In this document: positions 50,739 to 62,061 of the stretch, one piece after another | Position numbering within the stretch: the stretch's first letter is position 1 | Layout of the letters: the number at the start of each line of letters is the position of its first letter | Origin: Candidatus Freyarchaeum deiterrae | GTDB lineage: Archaea > Asgardarchaeota > Jordiarchaeia > Jordiarchaeales > Jordiarchaeaceae | Reading direction: 5' to 3' | Length of the DNA: 64,000 nucleotides | NCBI GenBank assembly: GCA_037305845.1 | Contig: CP147778.1 | Span: 3,008,001-3,072,000 of the forward strand | Translations under genes and position numbers: made by a program | Notes under the pieces: model-generated | What the model was told of the DNA's origin: nothing | The model's input: the letters and a program-made list of their open reading frames with translations, nothing else | Databases searched by the model: none

Positions 50739-50767
50739 AGTTTTACCTCCACCAATTTAGTTAAGGT

Positions 50768-51421
50768 TTAGATTTCGAATACTTTTGTCTTGCAGTTTGG
50801 AGGGTTGTAGTTTTCAACTTTGATGTCGAAGCTTCTTTTTAAAATTGTTTCAGCTATTCCGGCGAAAATTAGAGTTCTAACGCAGGCGATGTTCCCAAAG
50901 ATGTCATAAACCCCCTCATTGCTAAGAGCTTGACACGCATCCATGAAGGAACATTTTCCACAAAGTTGCACATCAACATCCCCACTATCATGGTTTGTGA
51001 GAATCATCTCTTCGTCTTTCACGAAACCTATCTGAACTAGCAGAGCCTTGTATTTGGATAGGACATCGTAGAGACTTTTTGAACCTTTTAAGTACTCCGT
51101 CAGCCCTAATTTATCGACAAGAGCTTTCGGGCCTCCCTTCGCCAAACGTCTGGAAATCACTCCCGTGGAACCAATGGTTGTACTCTCCGCCTTTCCTATA
51201 CCGTAAATAAGAGCATTTTCAACCGGATACTCATCAACAATTCCAACAAGTTGATTCTCAAGGTCGTCTATCGTGTCGAAGTGTAATATGACATTGAAGT
51301 TATTCTGAACGTATTTTGAGGTTTGGTCTAGAACAATTTTCAGAACATCATCCATAATAATGGGCTCTTTCCTAATACCCTCTGCTATTGCTCTTAAAAT
51401 TTGCTCATTTCCTGCTGGCAT
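50768..51421 (-). CDS. Hypothetical protein, possible V4R-like C-terminal domain
   Basis: CGKCSFMDAC...ACVRTLIFAG...NCKTKVF Cys pattern. Confidence 0.6.
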   Translation of the reverse strand: MPAGNEQILRAIAEGIRKEPIIMDDVLKIVLDQTSKYVQNNFNVILHFDTIDDLENQLVGIVDEYPVENALIYGIGKAESTTIGSTGVISRRLAKGGPKALVDKLGLTEYLKGSKSLYDVLSKYKALLVQIGFVKDEEMILTNHDSGDVDVQLCGKCSFMDACQALSNEGVYDIFGNIACVRTLIFAGIAETILKRSFDIKVENYNPPNCKTKVFEI

Positions 51422-51814
51422 AAAATCATCTCTGTTTGTTCACTAATAACTTTCTAATTAAAGATAAACCACACAAATATATATTCATGACCTCTTTTAT
51501 TGAATGGCTTGATAAGACCACAGATGGAGCAATTCGATTAGATTCAAAAACTTCAGGTCTCATAGGACTTGAGGCTATCCTCCACTCGGACGTGATTTAA
51601 GGTGTTAAGACTAAAAATAATGTAGAGATTAATATTTTCTTAAACTTCTGTCAGGAGTGGTAGTTTTAACTCTCAGAATTGCCTAAGAAGAGCTTTTAAA
51701 ATTGCCCCTTTTAATTCCTATCCGTGAAATAATACGGCTAATATCTGTGCTGTTTGTTGAAAAAACTTGGATAAGCAATTTTAATAAAAAAAGAATTGAA
51801 GAAGAAATTATATT

Positions 51815-52363
51815 CTAATATCTTCTTCTACTATTTCTACTATCGCCTCTATCTCTACCGCCGCCGCCGCCTCTATCTCTACCGCCGCCGCCACCGCGAT
51901 AACCGCCGCCGCCACCGCGATAACCGCCGCCGCCGAATCCACCGGATCGGCTGTCACCGTATCTTGGACGGAAGGTTCGCTCCTGTTCATAGACTTTGTC
52001 GGAGAGATTATTGTCCAGTTTAACCTCGGCGGGAGCGTTTTCGTCGCTTTCTTCCATGCTTCCATATTTTCCTAGGTTCAGTCTCAAGGAGCCTTTGAAA
52101 ACAGTGGTGTACGCATTGGTTAGCTTGTAAACTTTATCAGTTTGCATTTTATCAATGTCGTCATTCCACAGGGTTAACAGTATGCTCCCCGTTTCGTCCC
52201 CTACTACAGCTTCGGTAACTCTCAAATTCTCGCCGGTTTTTTTCGAAACAATATCTCTTATCTCATTCTTTGAGTTGCATCTAACTTTTAGGTTGATGCT
52301 TCTGAGACCAGGTTTCAGCTCATCTACAATTTTAAATTCTTCGGATTTAGACATTTCACTCAT
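51815..52363 (-). CDS. ssb: Single-OB-fold ssDNA-binding protein with a Gly/Arg-rich tail
   Basis: VGDETGSILLTLW, NAYTTVFKGSLRLNLGKYG (crenarchaeal-type SSB); RGG tail. Confidence 0.88.
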   Translation of the reverse strand: MSEMSKSEEFKIVDELKPGLRSINLKVRCNSKNEIRDIVSKKTGENLRVTEAVVGDETGSILLTLWNDDIDKMQTDKVYKLTNAYTTVFKGSLRLNLGKYGSMEESDENAPAEVKLDNNLSDKVYEQERTFRPRYGDSRSGGFGGGGYRGGGGGYRGGGGGRDRGGGGGRDRGDSRNSRRRY

Positions 52364-52579
52364 CTTTGCACAAACTTTCAGGAAAAGTAGAAAAAGGCTA
52401 TTCTAGAGCATATCTCCGCTTCGCGCATTTTTCTATTTTTCAAGCTAAGAGTATATTTAACCTTTTATAAACTTTACTAAACATCTGATTACGATGCTAA
52501 AAAACACAATTGTACTTTTAATTTATTGAAGCATAGAAGTAGCCTATGGGAACTGTTACATAGATGTCGTAATCTGGTT

Positions 52580-54226
52580 TTAACTTCCCTGAACCACTCT
52601 TTTTTCATTGTCTATATTGTAGAATAACCCTATGTTTTGTTCTCTCCCGATTGAAGCCTCCACTATTAGTCGGGCTACCAAGATTACGTTTCGTAGTTCT
52701 ATGAGGTCTTCGTTTAGTATGTAGTTCCAATAGTAGTGGCTTATGTCTTCATCAAGCAGGTTTAGGCGGCGTATAGCCCTTTGCAGCCTCAGGTCACTTC
52801 TAACTATTCCCACGTAGTTCCACATGAGGCGTCTAATTTCATCGAAATCGTGAGTTAGCAAGACTTTCTCATCTATAGGCTTATACTTGGAAGCGTCCCA
52901 GAGAGGCATCTCCTCCAATGGGATTTCAACCGGATTCTCCAGATATTTTAGGGAATCCAGATAGCTTCTATGTGCAAAGACTACAGACTCCAGCAGTGAA
53001 TTACTAGCAAGCCTATTTGCACCATGCAGCCCGGTGCAGGCAACCTCTCCAATAGCGTATAGACGATTAATAACCCGATTGGTATTATCCCTTCGAATAA
53101 CCTGCCCATTAATGTTAACGGCTACCCCTCCTACCATATAGTGCGCCGCTGGCACTACTGGAATCGGTTGTTTTGTTATGTCTATACCATACTTCAGGCA
53201 GGTATTGTAAATATGGGGAAAACGCTCCTTGACGTGTTCTTTGTCCAGGTGAAGTAGGTAGAGGTATACGTATCTGTCTCCGCTTCTTTTTAATTCTCTG
53301 TCTATGGCACGGGCGACTATGTCTCGTGTTGCGAGGCTTCCTCTTTCATCATATTCTTTCATGAAGGAGAATTTCTCAGGGTCTTCCTCTCCGGATTTTG
53401 AAAACTTTTCGTAATCACTGATGGTCATTAGTATTCCGCCTTCCCCTCTAACCGACTCTGATATGAGAAACGCGACTCTCTCCTGATCATAAAGGGTTGT
53501 GGGGTGGAACTGAACGAATTCAAGATCCTTAACCTTGGCTCCTACTCTATAGGCCATGGCTATTCCATCACCCGTGGAGATGCTGGGATTTGTGGTGTAT
53601 AAGTAAATCTGACCACAGCCCCCAGTAGCCAGAACCGTAACGTTAGCTAGATAGGTGCTTATCTCACCTGACTTCTTGTCGAATATGTAGGCTCCTAAGC
53701 ATTCGTCCTCCTTTCGGCTTAGCCCAAGTTTGCGAGTGGTAATCAGGTCAATGGACATCGCGTTTTCAATAGTCGTAACATTGGGGTGCTTCTCGCAGGC
53801 ATCGACCAGAGCCCTTTCAATAGCTGCCCCGGTAAGATCTGCCACATGGAGTATCCTCCTTTGGTGGTGTCCTCCCTCCATTGCCAAGTCAAATGAACCA
53901 TTCCCCGTTTTCTCAAATTTTACTCCGATATCAATTAACTCCTTCACTCTATCCGGAGCTTCTCTTACAACAGTGTCCACAACATCTAAATCGTTCAAAT
54001 AAGCCCCCGCTTCCAGGGTGTCCTTTATATGAGATTCGTAACTGTCTTGCTCCAAATCCATCACGGTGGCTATTCCACCCTGAGCATAATTAGTACTACC
54101 CTCTACACTCGACTTCTTAGTAACCACAGTAACCTTTCCATGGTTTCCAGCCTTGAGCGCGAGACTCAAACCCGCGATTCCCGACCCAATAATCAGAAAA
54201 TCTGTCCGCTGCCTCAAATTAGCCAC
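52580..54226 (-). CDS. nadB: L-aspartate oxidase
   Basis: GSGIAGL, YAQGGIA, EGGH, QFHPT, ESVRGEG, AAHY, HGANRLASNSLLE. Confidence 0.95.
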   Translation of the reverse strand: MANLRQRTDFLIIGSGIAGLSLALKAGNHGKVTVVTKKSSVEGSTNYAQGGIATVMDLEQDSYESHIKDTLEAGAYLNDLDVVDTVVREAPDRVKELIDIGVKFEKTGNGSFDLAMEGGHHQRRILHVADLTGAAIERALVDACEKHPNVTTIENAMSIDLITTRKLGLSRKEDECLGAYIFDKKSGEISTYLANVTVLATGGCGQIYLYTTNPSISTGDGIAMAYRVGAKVKDLEFVQFHPTTLYDQERVAFLISESVRGEGGILMTISDYEKFSKSGEEDPEKFSFMKEYDERGSLATRDIVARAIDRELKRSGDRYVYLYLLHLDKEHVKERFPHIYNTCLKYGIDITKQPIPVVPAAHYMVGGVAVNINGQVIRRDNTNRVINRLYAIGEVACTGLHGANRLASNSLLESVVFAHRSYLDSLKYLENPVEIPLEEMPLWDASKYKPIDEKVLLTHDFDEIRRLMWNYVGIVRSDLRLQRAIRRLNLLDEDISHYYWNYILNEDLIELRNVILVARLIVEASIGREQNIGLFYNIDNEKRVVQGS

Positions 54227-54356
54227 CCTCCAAAGCGGAAGTCTCTCATAGAATTTTCATATCCTAAGTTTGAATAAAAGTTAAATTACCATTAAAGAGG
54301 AAATATATAAATGAAATGGTCTAACTAAGTATTGCCAGAGTTGGAGGGCAGAACTC

Positions 54357-55178
54357 TTGGAACTTAAGCAATTCGATTTGGAAGACATAAAGAGTCTCAG
54401 AGAAGCAAGAATGAAGGAGCTGAGAATACCTTTAGTTGTTGATTTATTAGAGCAAGCAGTAAAAAAGGGTACTTGCTGGGGTCTCAATCGGAGGGATGAG
54501 ACAATATGTTACTGGATTAACTTGGAAGAGGCCTTTGCTCCGTTGTACGAAAATAGCATCATAGAGCTTTACGTTAAAATGGGATACCGGACGCTAATTG
54601 ACGAGATTTTCCATCTAATAACCAAGCAGTCCAAAACTAATAGAATATATCTGCGTACCGACGAAACCTTCTTGATATCCTTTCTTCTAGAAAAAGGCTA
54701 TAATTTTGAGGTGGTGGGCCCCCTTCTATTGAGGGAGAAAAAAGTAGACGCGGAGCATCAAGAAAATTTGGAGTTCAAGCCAATATCTGAGAAGACACTT
54801 GATGAGGCATTCAAAATACTTCTCAATGAAGAGCCAGATAACGCGGGAGTAAAAGAAGACGATTACCCCCGCATAAAATCAGAGATCGGCAAGGACTCTT
54901 ACTGGACTTTAATTCGGGAAGGCATTGTAACAGGGGTAGCATTCTGGACAAAACAAAAGAACAGTAATTATACAACAATATTCCCTGTAGTACATAGAAA
55001 ATATAGGAAGCAGGATTACGGCTTCTACATGATATCAAAATTAGCCGATTACCTAGAGAGCAAAGGGTACCAACCCGTCTCGTATATGAACCAATTTAAC
55101 ATACCAGCGAGAAAAGCTTTCGAAAAATCGGGTTTCTATGTAGCAGCGCTCCACACCCTACTTCGTCTCACTCCATGA
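54357..55178 (+). CDS. GNAT family acetyltransferase
   Basis: VHRKYRKQDYG motif A; N..ARKAFEKSGF. Confidence 0.75.
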   Translation: MELKQFDLEDIKSLREARMKELRIPLVVDLLEQAVKKGTCWGLNRRDETICYWINLEEAFAPLYENSIIELYVKMGYRTLIDEIFHLITKQSKTNRIYLRTDETFLISFLLEKGYNFEVVGPLLLREKKVDAEHQENLEFKPISEKTLDEAFKILLNEEPDNAGVKEDDYPRIKSEIGKDSYWTLIREGIVTGVAFWTKQKNSNYTTIFPVVHRKYRKQDYGFYMISKLADYLESKGYQPVSYMNQFNIPARKAFEKSGFYVAALHTLLRLTP

Positions 55179-55499
55179 CAAAGCCAAAAAACACATACCC
55201 CGGACCATAAGTTAGGAACGCATTATTACATGCAGAGAATCCCCGCAAAGGCTCCCAAAGCTTTTATCCCCTCTCAATTCTTAGTTCTCATAGTTAATTT
55301 TATTACGCTTGATTCTAATTTAAGTTTGAAACTATCCTTGTCTGCTTTCCTCTCTTAGTAGGTCCGCGATAACTTTCTAAAAAGGGAAGGTTTGCAGAAC
55401 TGGTTGTAAGACTGGGGGAATATTAATTTATATTAAAACGTAACCAATATAAATATATAAATTATTTTAAAGTTATATCTCGTAAAGGAGAGTGACTTT

Positions 55500-57890
55500 G
55501 TGGCGGAGACGGTCACATTCCTTGTGATGGGGATACCTTCCGAGAAGCTTGTTGAACTTATAGAGCCCAATCTTGATTGGTGGAATAAGAAGAGATTTGG
55601 TGTATTTCTTGAACTTTTTAAGAAAGAGTTGAAAAATGTCGACGAGGGCACCCAAAGAATTATTCTCGGCAAGCTTAACGAGAACACTTTATCTGAAGTT
55701 TTTGGGTTAGCGGTGAACATTTTCCCAATTCAGGATGCTTTACTGCCTACAGGGGAAGTTGATCTTCTAGAATTAAACAGAGTGGTTCCAGAAACCTTAA
55801 CTCACAGCCTCCTGAATGTTTTGTCCCTTTATGGAGATTTGGGTGATCTTAAGGTTGTTGGTGAGGCTTTCAGGATTTCGATTAAAAACTTTAGAGAAAA
55901 ACTCTTCGGTTCGCTGAGCAGCCCGGGATTATCGAAAATTATGGAGGAGCTCGTTAACATAGACCCGGAAAATTACGTTATTTTTTCATCGAGTTTTGAA
56001 AAAGCACAGGCTGGTGGGGTTCATGTGGAAGGGCTTGGAAAGAGGAGCGGGAGCGTACCTGAATTCACCCCCAGTGTGGTGAAACCTGAATCGGAGATTA
56101 GGAAACTTTTTAAATTGCCTAATAATGTCATTAGAATTCCGGGAATAGGCGAAAGCAACCAAATTAAGGATGAGCGTGTTCTCAATATTTCGGAGTTTCC
56201 TTGCTTTTTTGAAGGAAAAGAGTCAAAAGATTTGAGAGCAGAAAATCTGAAGAGCAGTTTCTGCAAAATACTTCTTCCACTAAATCCCAGTATTACTGAC
56301 GTGTTAGACGATGCTGATTTTCGCGAAAGCTTGTTAGAGATAGAAAAGATACATCTAAATCAGCTTACCAGCCAGATGGTTTACGATCCAGACCCTTTCC
56401 GATTTATGGAGAAAGAAGAAAAATTAAGAGTGCTAGTTTTCTTAGAGCACTTGAAGAGAGATATCATCAATCCCCTTAGCACAGAAAATAAGAACGCGTT
56501 ATTAACCCTCCTCTCTATTATTGAGGGGAGAATAATTCCCTGCGAACGCACTTTAAACGAACTGTTAACAATTAAACCGGTCAGGAATAAACCACTACAA
56601 TTCGAGTACTACTCCCAACTGGGACATCACTTCCTACTGAACGGGGATCTAGAAAAATCTGAGGAGAGCATTAGGGAGGCTCATTCACACGCGGAAGATG
56701 GGGATCAGGCTATTTTTCTACAAATTCTAGAGGCATTGATAAAAATTAGGAAGGAAGAATTTGTTGAGGCTGTCGAACAGTTACGTAAATGCTACAGGAA
56801 TACTGATACGCCTAAACTAAAAGGAGTCTCATTATACTATACCGGGATGGTATATTATACTCTAGAGGGTTTTCAAGAGGCTTACCAATTTTTCGAAGAT
56901 GCGCAGAGTTTGCTAAAAGCTGATTATGATATTGCTGCTATTCAGGGTAAAAGCGGAGCCTGTGCAATAAATCTCAAAATGTACGAGGAAGCCTTTCAAG
57001 AATTTAAGAAACTTGAGTACCTTCTTAAAAATATGAACCATAAAGAGTTCTCAGCCGCCGCCTATGAGGCACTTGGAAGCGTGCTCTCAATCACGGAGAA
57101 TTTTGATGAAGCCCTGAAGTATTATGGAATGGCTTTAGTAATAGACCAAGAACTAAAAGATGACAAATCCATTTCGGAGGACTACAGCAATATTGGAACA
57201 TTCTATTACAAGAAGAGGAGGCTTGATGACGCCTTAAAGTACTACGCGAGGGCACTAGAAATTAAAAAGAAAATGAACGACAAACGAAAAACAGCCATGG
57301 AATACAATAATATGGGGGTCGCTCTAAAAGCGAAAGGCAACTTAAGCGGAGCCCTACAGCACTTCGAGCAGGCCCTAAAACTGAATGAAGAGATAGGAAG
57401 CACACAAGCCGTGGCAACTAATTGTAGTAACATCGCCTTGGTTTTGAGGGAATCAGGTAAGGGAAAGGAAGCTTTCACTTATCTTGAAAGAGCATCTAGT
57501 TTAAACGAAGAACTAGGAAACCTCGAAATGGAGGCGGAGAACTACACCGAAATGGGCAAAATTAGGGCTGATGAAAAAGATTTAGATTCATCCCTAGAAT
57601 TTTTCGAGAAAGCTCTCAAGATTAACAAAGACCTCGGAAACAAGGAGGAGATAATAGAAGACTATTCTAACATGGGATTAATTCTAATGGCTAAGGGCGA
57701 AATCCATAGCGCGGTCGCCTACTTCGAACTCTGTCTCAAACTCTCAGAAGAAATAAATTACCTTAAGTGGTCGGAATCAGCACTCCCCACAATATTCAAA
57801 TCTTATAGCTTTCTAAAGAAAAAGGAACCCGGAAAAACCTTCTATCTCAGAATACTCGAAAAATTCCCACAACTAGCCAAACAATTATAA
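55500..57890 (+). CDS. Large TPR protein with an unknown N-terminal region
   Basis: C-terminal 40-aa TPR-like repeats (YSNIG..Y...LDDALKYY..ALEI). Confidence 0.85.
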   Translation: MAETVTFLVMGIPSEKLVELIEPNLDWWNKKRFGVFLELFKKELKNVDEGTQRIILGKLNENTLSEVFGLAVNIFPIQDALLPTGEVDLLELNRVVPETLTHSLLNVLSLYGDLGDLKVVGEAFRISIKNFREKLFGSLSSPGLSKIMEELVNIDPENYVIFSSSFEKAQAGGVHVEGLGKRSGSVPEFTPSVVKPESEIRKLFKLPNNVIRIPGIGESNQIKDERVLNISEFPCFFEGKESKDLRAENLKSSFCKILLPLNPSITDVLDDADFRESLLEIEKIHLNQLTSQMVYDPDPFRFMEKEEKLRVLVFLEHLKRDIINPLSTENKNALLTLLSIIEGRIIPCERTLNELLTIKPVRNKPLQFEYYSQLGHHFLLNGDLEKSEESIREAHSHAEDGDQAIFLQILEALIKIRKEEFVEAVEQLRKCYRNTDTPKLKGVSLYYTGMVYYTLEGFQEAYQFFEDAQSLLKADYDIAAIQGKSGACAINLKMYEEAFQEFKKLEYLLKNMNHKEFSAAAYEALGSVLSITENFDEALKYYGMALVIDQELKDDKSISEDYSNIGTFYYKKRRLDDALKYYARALEIKKKMNDKRKTAMEYNNMGVALKAKGNLSGALQHFEQALKLNEEIGSTQAVATNCSNIALVLRESGKGKEAFTYLERASSLNEELGNLEMEAENYTEMGKIRADEKDLDSSLEFFEKALKINKDLGNKEEIIEDYSNMGLILMAKGEIHSAVAYFELCLKLSEEINYLKWSESALPTIFKSYSFLKKKEPGKTFYLRILEKFPQLAKQL

Positions 57891-58136
57891 TTAACGCCTA
57901 AAATACCTAAAATTCGAACAATTTTTGACAAAACCTTTTCAGTTAGTAATATAATTACAAATAATTTTAGATTAAATTAGCTAAGAAATTAACATATTGC
58001 CCTCTTTTTTTCAAAATTTTAATTTTGAGGAATACTTTTTTGTGTTGTTGCCATTTAAAGAAATCTTAAATATTGTAAAATTAACGTATTATATCAGAAG
58101 TATAATCACGTTATAGCTTGTTCTGGTGACCGTGGA

Positions 58137-58514
58137 TTGGACTTAACACTTTCAGAGCTACAAAAGCGTCTAGATACTGCACATTTTAGGCTCCATTGCA
58201 AGGTAATAGACATCAGCGAACTATCTGAAATAGTCACCAGTTTTACTGCTAAGGAACTGATGGAGATATTCATAAAGGCGGTTACATCAGAAGATGAAGA
58301 TATTACTAACCAATTATTGTGTAAGTTGCTCGCTGCTATGTGGGTTTTTCACGATTTAGGAATGATCAAATTCGAAAAGAGAACCGATGGATTGGCAATC
58401 ACATTACAGGAAATGATTCTAAACAACCAAAAAAAACTCGCAGCCAGACTAATACCAATCCTGGAACACATAACCGAATACTTGAGTGAAGAGACGATTT
58501 CAATTATCAAATAA
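58137..58514 (+). CDS. Hypothetical protein
   Basis: 125-aa ORF with a GGTGA SD and an upstream AT-rich promoter. Confidence 0.65.
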   Translation: MDLTLSELQKRLDTAHFRLHCKVIDISELSEIVTSFTAKELMEIFIKAVTSEDEDITNQLLCKLLAAMWVFHDLGMIKFEKRTDGLAITLQEMILNNQKKLAARLIPILEHITEYLSEETISIIK

Positions 58515-58666
58515 ATATGTGAAACGGCACTTTTTTCACAACAATACTAATAAAAAACTCTTTTTACACCTTCTATGTTATTTTCCCTTCTGGTAATACT
58601 ATCGCAACACCAGTCATCTGTTAAAATCAACTTCCGCTATTATACTTGAAGAGTGTTATTTCTTTA

Positions 58667-59608
58667 CTATTCTTTCTTTCCTTTCCTCCTTTTTCTTCTC
58701 TCCTCCCTCTTCTCCTTTCTTCTCTTCATTTTTTCTTCACTCTTTTCTCTTTTTCTTGGAATTTCTTCTTCACAGGGTACGGCTGTTTGACATAACCCGC
58801 AGGCGTAGATATTGATACCGTATTTTTCTTTAATCATCGGAAGCTGTTTGAACACGAACTCTTGGCATTTATTCTTGTCATGTCCTTCTTCGGTAATTGC
58901 CCCAGCGGGGCATCTTTTTGCACACCTTTTACAACTTCCCCTTTGGAAAAAGATGCAATCTCGATGAATATCAGTAGTTCTCTCCGGAGAATCTAACGGT
59001 TGGTTCACAACGACACTGCCGACTCGGTGTGCCTTCCCCTTCTCGGTGATTAACCCATCTGAAAGGCCGAAGGTGCCCAAATTCGCGGCGAAGGCTACAT
59101 GACGTTGAGACCAGGGGGAAGCCCATCCGACCTTTTCGTCCTTCAGCATTCGAAAAATGCTTGGTTCGAGTTCGGGTGCTACAGCGAAATATCCTTTTTC
59201 TTCGAGAACGGAAACCATATGAGCTTCAAGCTTTCGGTTAAACTCTTCACCGAAAAGGCGAGTGTGTGCCCAACGCTTAGAGGGCTTATCCTTCATGCTG
59301 GCATTCTCTTTTCTCGTCTTCTTGGAGATGGGAAGTATGTACGAGATGACGCCAATATCGTTTTCAGAAGGAATAGGTACACCTCTCTCCTTGGCTATTT
59401 TTGCCATAGCCTCGTATGGAGTAAGGTGGAACTCCCCAATAACCTCTTTAAGTTTGCGGAATAGGGGGTCATTCCCCGCTACAAATCCGACCAAAGGTTC
59501 CTCAAAAATTGGAGAACCATCCAACTGTTTCAGCCGATTTCCGGGGTCTTCACTCACAAATTTTTTTATTTCTTCAGTTATCCAATTTTTGAATTCTTCC
59601 ACGTCCAT
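58667..59608 (-). CDS. Epoxyqueuosine reductase-like (QueG/reductive-dehalogenase-like) Fe-S protein
   Basis: WSQRHVAFAANLGTFG, CKRCAKRCP, CGLCQTAVPC; basic C-terminal tail. Confidence 0.8.
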   Translation of the reverse strand: MDVEEFKNWITEEIKKFVSEDPGNRLKQLDGSPIFEEPLVGFVAGNDPLFRKLKEVIGEFHLTPYEAMAKIAKERGVPIPSENDIGVISYILPISKKTRKENASMKDKPSKRWAHTRLFGEEFNRKLEAHMVSVLEEKGYFAVAPELEPSIFRMLKDEKVGWASPWSQRHVAFAANLGTFGLSDGLITEKGKAHRVGSVVVNQPLDSPERTTDIHRDCIFFQRGSCKRCAKRCPAGAITEEGHDKNKCQEFVFKQLPMIKEKYGINIYACGLCQTAVPCEEEIPRKREKSEEKMKRRKEKREERRKRRKGKKE

Positions 59609-59758
59609 TACAGTTTCCTCATTCTGAATATTTAATTTCGTTTTTTCCTAGTTGTTTTCTTTCCTTTCTAAGTTGCGCAAGTTTTTTATGATTATGCTAT
59701 GGGTCTAGTTTAAGAGAGTTGTGACATCATAACATATTAAAGGGTTTAATAATGCTTT

Positions 59759-60559
59759 TTGGAGGTTGTTTGTTTGGGTTATGAAACAATATTGTATGAG
59801 AAGATTGACGGAGTGGGTAAGATAACCCTGAATAGACCGGACAAGATGAACGCCATGAATTTTCAGATGGTTGATGAACTGGTTGACGTTCTGGACGAAA
59901 TCGATCTCGACGATGAGGTGAGAGCTGTTATAATTACCGGAACCGGCAAATCCTTCTGTTCCGGCGCTGAACTGACAGAGCTCGGAGCCCGCCCCAATCC
60001 GTTCGACTCAATAACCTTCATGCGTTCCTTTGTGCAAAGACTGATAATTGCACTAAGGAGCTTAGAAAAACCGGTTATAGCCGCTGTTAACGGTTACGCT
60101 CTGGGTATCGGCTGCGGTCTGTCACTAGCTTGCGATATCAGGATAGCCTCTGAGGACGCCAAGTTTAGTGAAAGATTTGTGAGAATAGGCATACTCCCCG
60201 GAGATGGAGATATTTACATTTTACCCTTGCTAGTAGGTTTGGGAAGAGCCAGTGAACTTTTGTTCACGGGTGACGACATTGATGGTAAAGAAGCGGAGAG
60301 GATAGGACTAGTTAATCGATGTGTTCCATCCAAAAAACTCGAAGAAGAATCAGGAGCCCTAGCTCAGAAACTGGCGAGTGGAGCCACGAGAGCCATTGCT
60401 GCAACCAAAGCCGCACTAAACAGAAGAATCCTACCTCAGCTCAAAGAAGAATTAGAGTACGTCGCCCTGCAGCAAACTCTGTTGTTCCAGACCGAAGACC
60501 ATAGCGAAGCCCTAAAAGCAATAGAGGAAAAGAGAAAACCCGTATTCAAAGGAAAATAA
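59759..60559 (+). CDS. Enoyl-CoA hydratase/isomerase
   Basis: LNRPDKMNA, FCSGAEL, KPVIAAVNGYALG, ACDIRIASE. Confidence 0.93.
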   Translation: MEVVCLGYETILYEKIDGVGKITLNRPDKMNAMNFQMVDELVDVLDEIDLDDEVRAVIITGTGKSFCSGAELTELGARPNPFDSITFMRSFVQRLIIALRSLEKPVIAAVNGYALGIGCGLSLACDIRIASEDAKFSERFVRIGILPGDGDIYILPLLVGLGRASELLFTGDDIDGKEAERIGLVNRCVPSKKLEEESGALAQKLASGATRAIAATKAALNRRILPQLKEELEYVALQQTLLFQTEDHSEALKAIEEKRKPVFKGK

Positions 60560-60766
60560 CCACCACAAAATATTAAAAGAAGTTAGCACCAAAAAAACCT
60601 GAATTATAGCAATTGCTACTGAATTAATTTCATCCAGTCTACTTTATTTAGTGGATAAAAAAGAATTAACGACTCGAGTTCCCATATTAGGTATATTTAA
60701 ATAATGGAAGCACGCCAAAATACTTTTCTTAAGTAGAGACTGTACAAATCTGCAACTAAAGGAGAA

Positions 60767-61018
60767 GTGATTACTCTGCCTTATTTCTGTAGGGTTTGTG
60801 GCAAACGCATTAAAGGAATCGGCAGCGAAGCCAAACACATATCCGAATGGGCGATGGCCTTCACTAAGGGGAAGACCCACTGGAGATACAAAAAGCATTA
60901 TGATTTTCTGGTGAGAAACCACAGTTCATTTGATTACGAGGAAGTAAAAAAATTAATCGAAGAAATGGATTCCAAAACCCTGACAGATAAGAACCAAGCA
61001 CGAACTCCAAAGAAATGA
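60767..61018 (+). CDS. Small Zn-finger-like hypothetical protein
   Basis: CRVC plus His residues; GGAG RBS. Confidence 0.55.
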   Translation: MITLPYFCRVCGKRIKGIGSEAKHISEWAMAFTKGKTHWRYKKHYDFLVRNHSSFDYEEVKKLIEEMDSKTLTDKNQARTPKK

Positions 61019-61041
61019 ATGAAAATAGGAACTGAAGTTAA

Positions 61042-61983
61042 TTGAAGAGAATAATTATAGACACGGATGTCGGCTTGGATGTTGATGACGCGTACGCTAT
61101 TTCTCTAGCCGCAAAATCTCCTGAGCTTACCGTAGAGGGCATAACTACTGTTTATGGCGACACACTACTCAGAGCCAGAATCGCCCTGAAACTGCTCAAA
61201 TTAGCTGGTAGAAGCGATATCCCCGTCATAGTGGGTGAGGGGGAACCAATAACGGAGAACAAGCAATCACGGATGCTGGGCTTCGAGGGAGAAGGCATAC
61301 TAAAGCCCAAAGACAAAGAACTACAAATTCCATCTATAAACGCGGTTGACTTTATTACATCTAAGGCTCTAACCTCCAAGAAAGACCTGACCATAGTCAC
61401 AATCGGGGCACTCACAAACATCGCCCTAGCCCTAAAAAAACAACCAGACATTAAAAGAGGAATAAAAGAACTAGTAATAATGGGCGGAATAATCTACCCC
61501 CCAGAAATAAACGGAGAAAAAATACCGTATGACTCGGAGTACAATTTCAACTGCGATCCCGAGGCCGCAAAAATAGTATTTGAATGCGAAATCCCGAAAA
61601 CCCTAGTCCCAATGGACATAACCATGAAACCCGATAACTACCTAACCGAAATAGAGCTCACAAAACTACAGGAAGCCAACACACCCCTAACAGCAACTCT
61701 TCTCGAAATGACCAAAATCTGGCTAGAATACAGAAAAGAATCAGCATCCACCATTGGAATATCACCAGAAATAGTAAAACCATGGATGCACGACCCACTC
61801 GCAGTAACAGTAGCCCTGAAAAAAGAAATCTTCAAAACCGAAAATTACAATCTCCGAATGGATATACTGGAAGGAAAGGCGAGAATAATCCCTGACGCGG
61901 AAGTAGCTGAGATGAAAGTCTGCACAAACGCTGACTTCAACCAATTTAAGAAGCTTCTGATTGAACGACTAACAAAAAAATAA
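61042..61983 (+). CDS. Nucleoside hydrolase (IU-NH family)
   Basis: IIDTDVGLDVDD, GALTNIA, EYNFNCDPEAA, HDPLA. Confidence 0.93.
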   Translation: MKRIIIDTDVGLDVDDAYAISLAAKSPELTVEGITTVYGDTLLRARIALKLLKLAGRSDIPVIVGEGEPITENKQSRMLGFEGEGILKPKDKELQIPSINAVDFITSKALTSKKDLTIVTIGALTNIALALKKQPDIKRGIKELVIMGGIIYPPEINGEKIPYDSEYNFNCDPEAAKIVFECEIPKTLVPMDITMKPDNYLTEIELTKLQEANTPLTATLLEMTKIWLEYRKESASTIGISPEIVKPWMHDPLAVTVALKKEIFKTENYNLRMDILEGKARIIPDAEVAEMKVCTNADFNQFKKLLIERLTKK

Positions 61984-62061
61984 ATATACTTTACAGCCAT
62001 AAAGCCATTTTATTATGTAAGTTAAAATTAAAAAATTAGAATAGGCTAATTGCTTAGCCAT

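Noticed and set aside
54227-54356. NrtR box upstream of nadB
   Set aside because: No GT-N7-AC palindrome with matching flanks was found.
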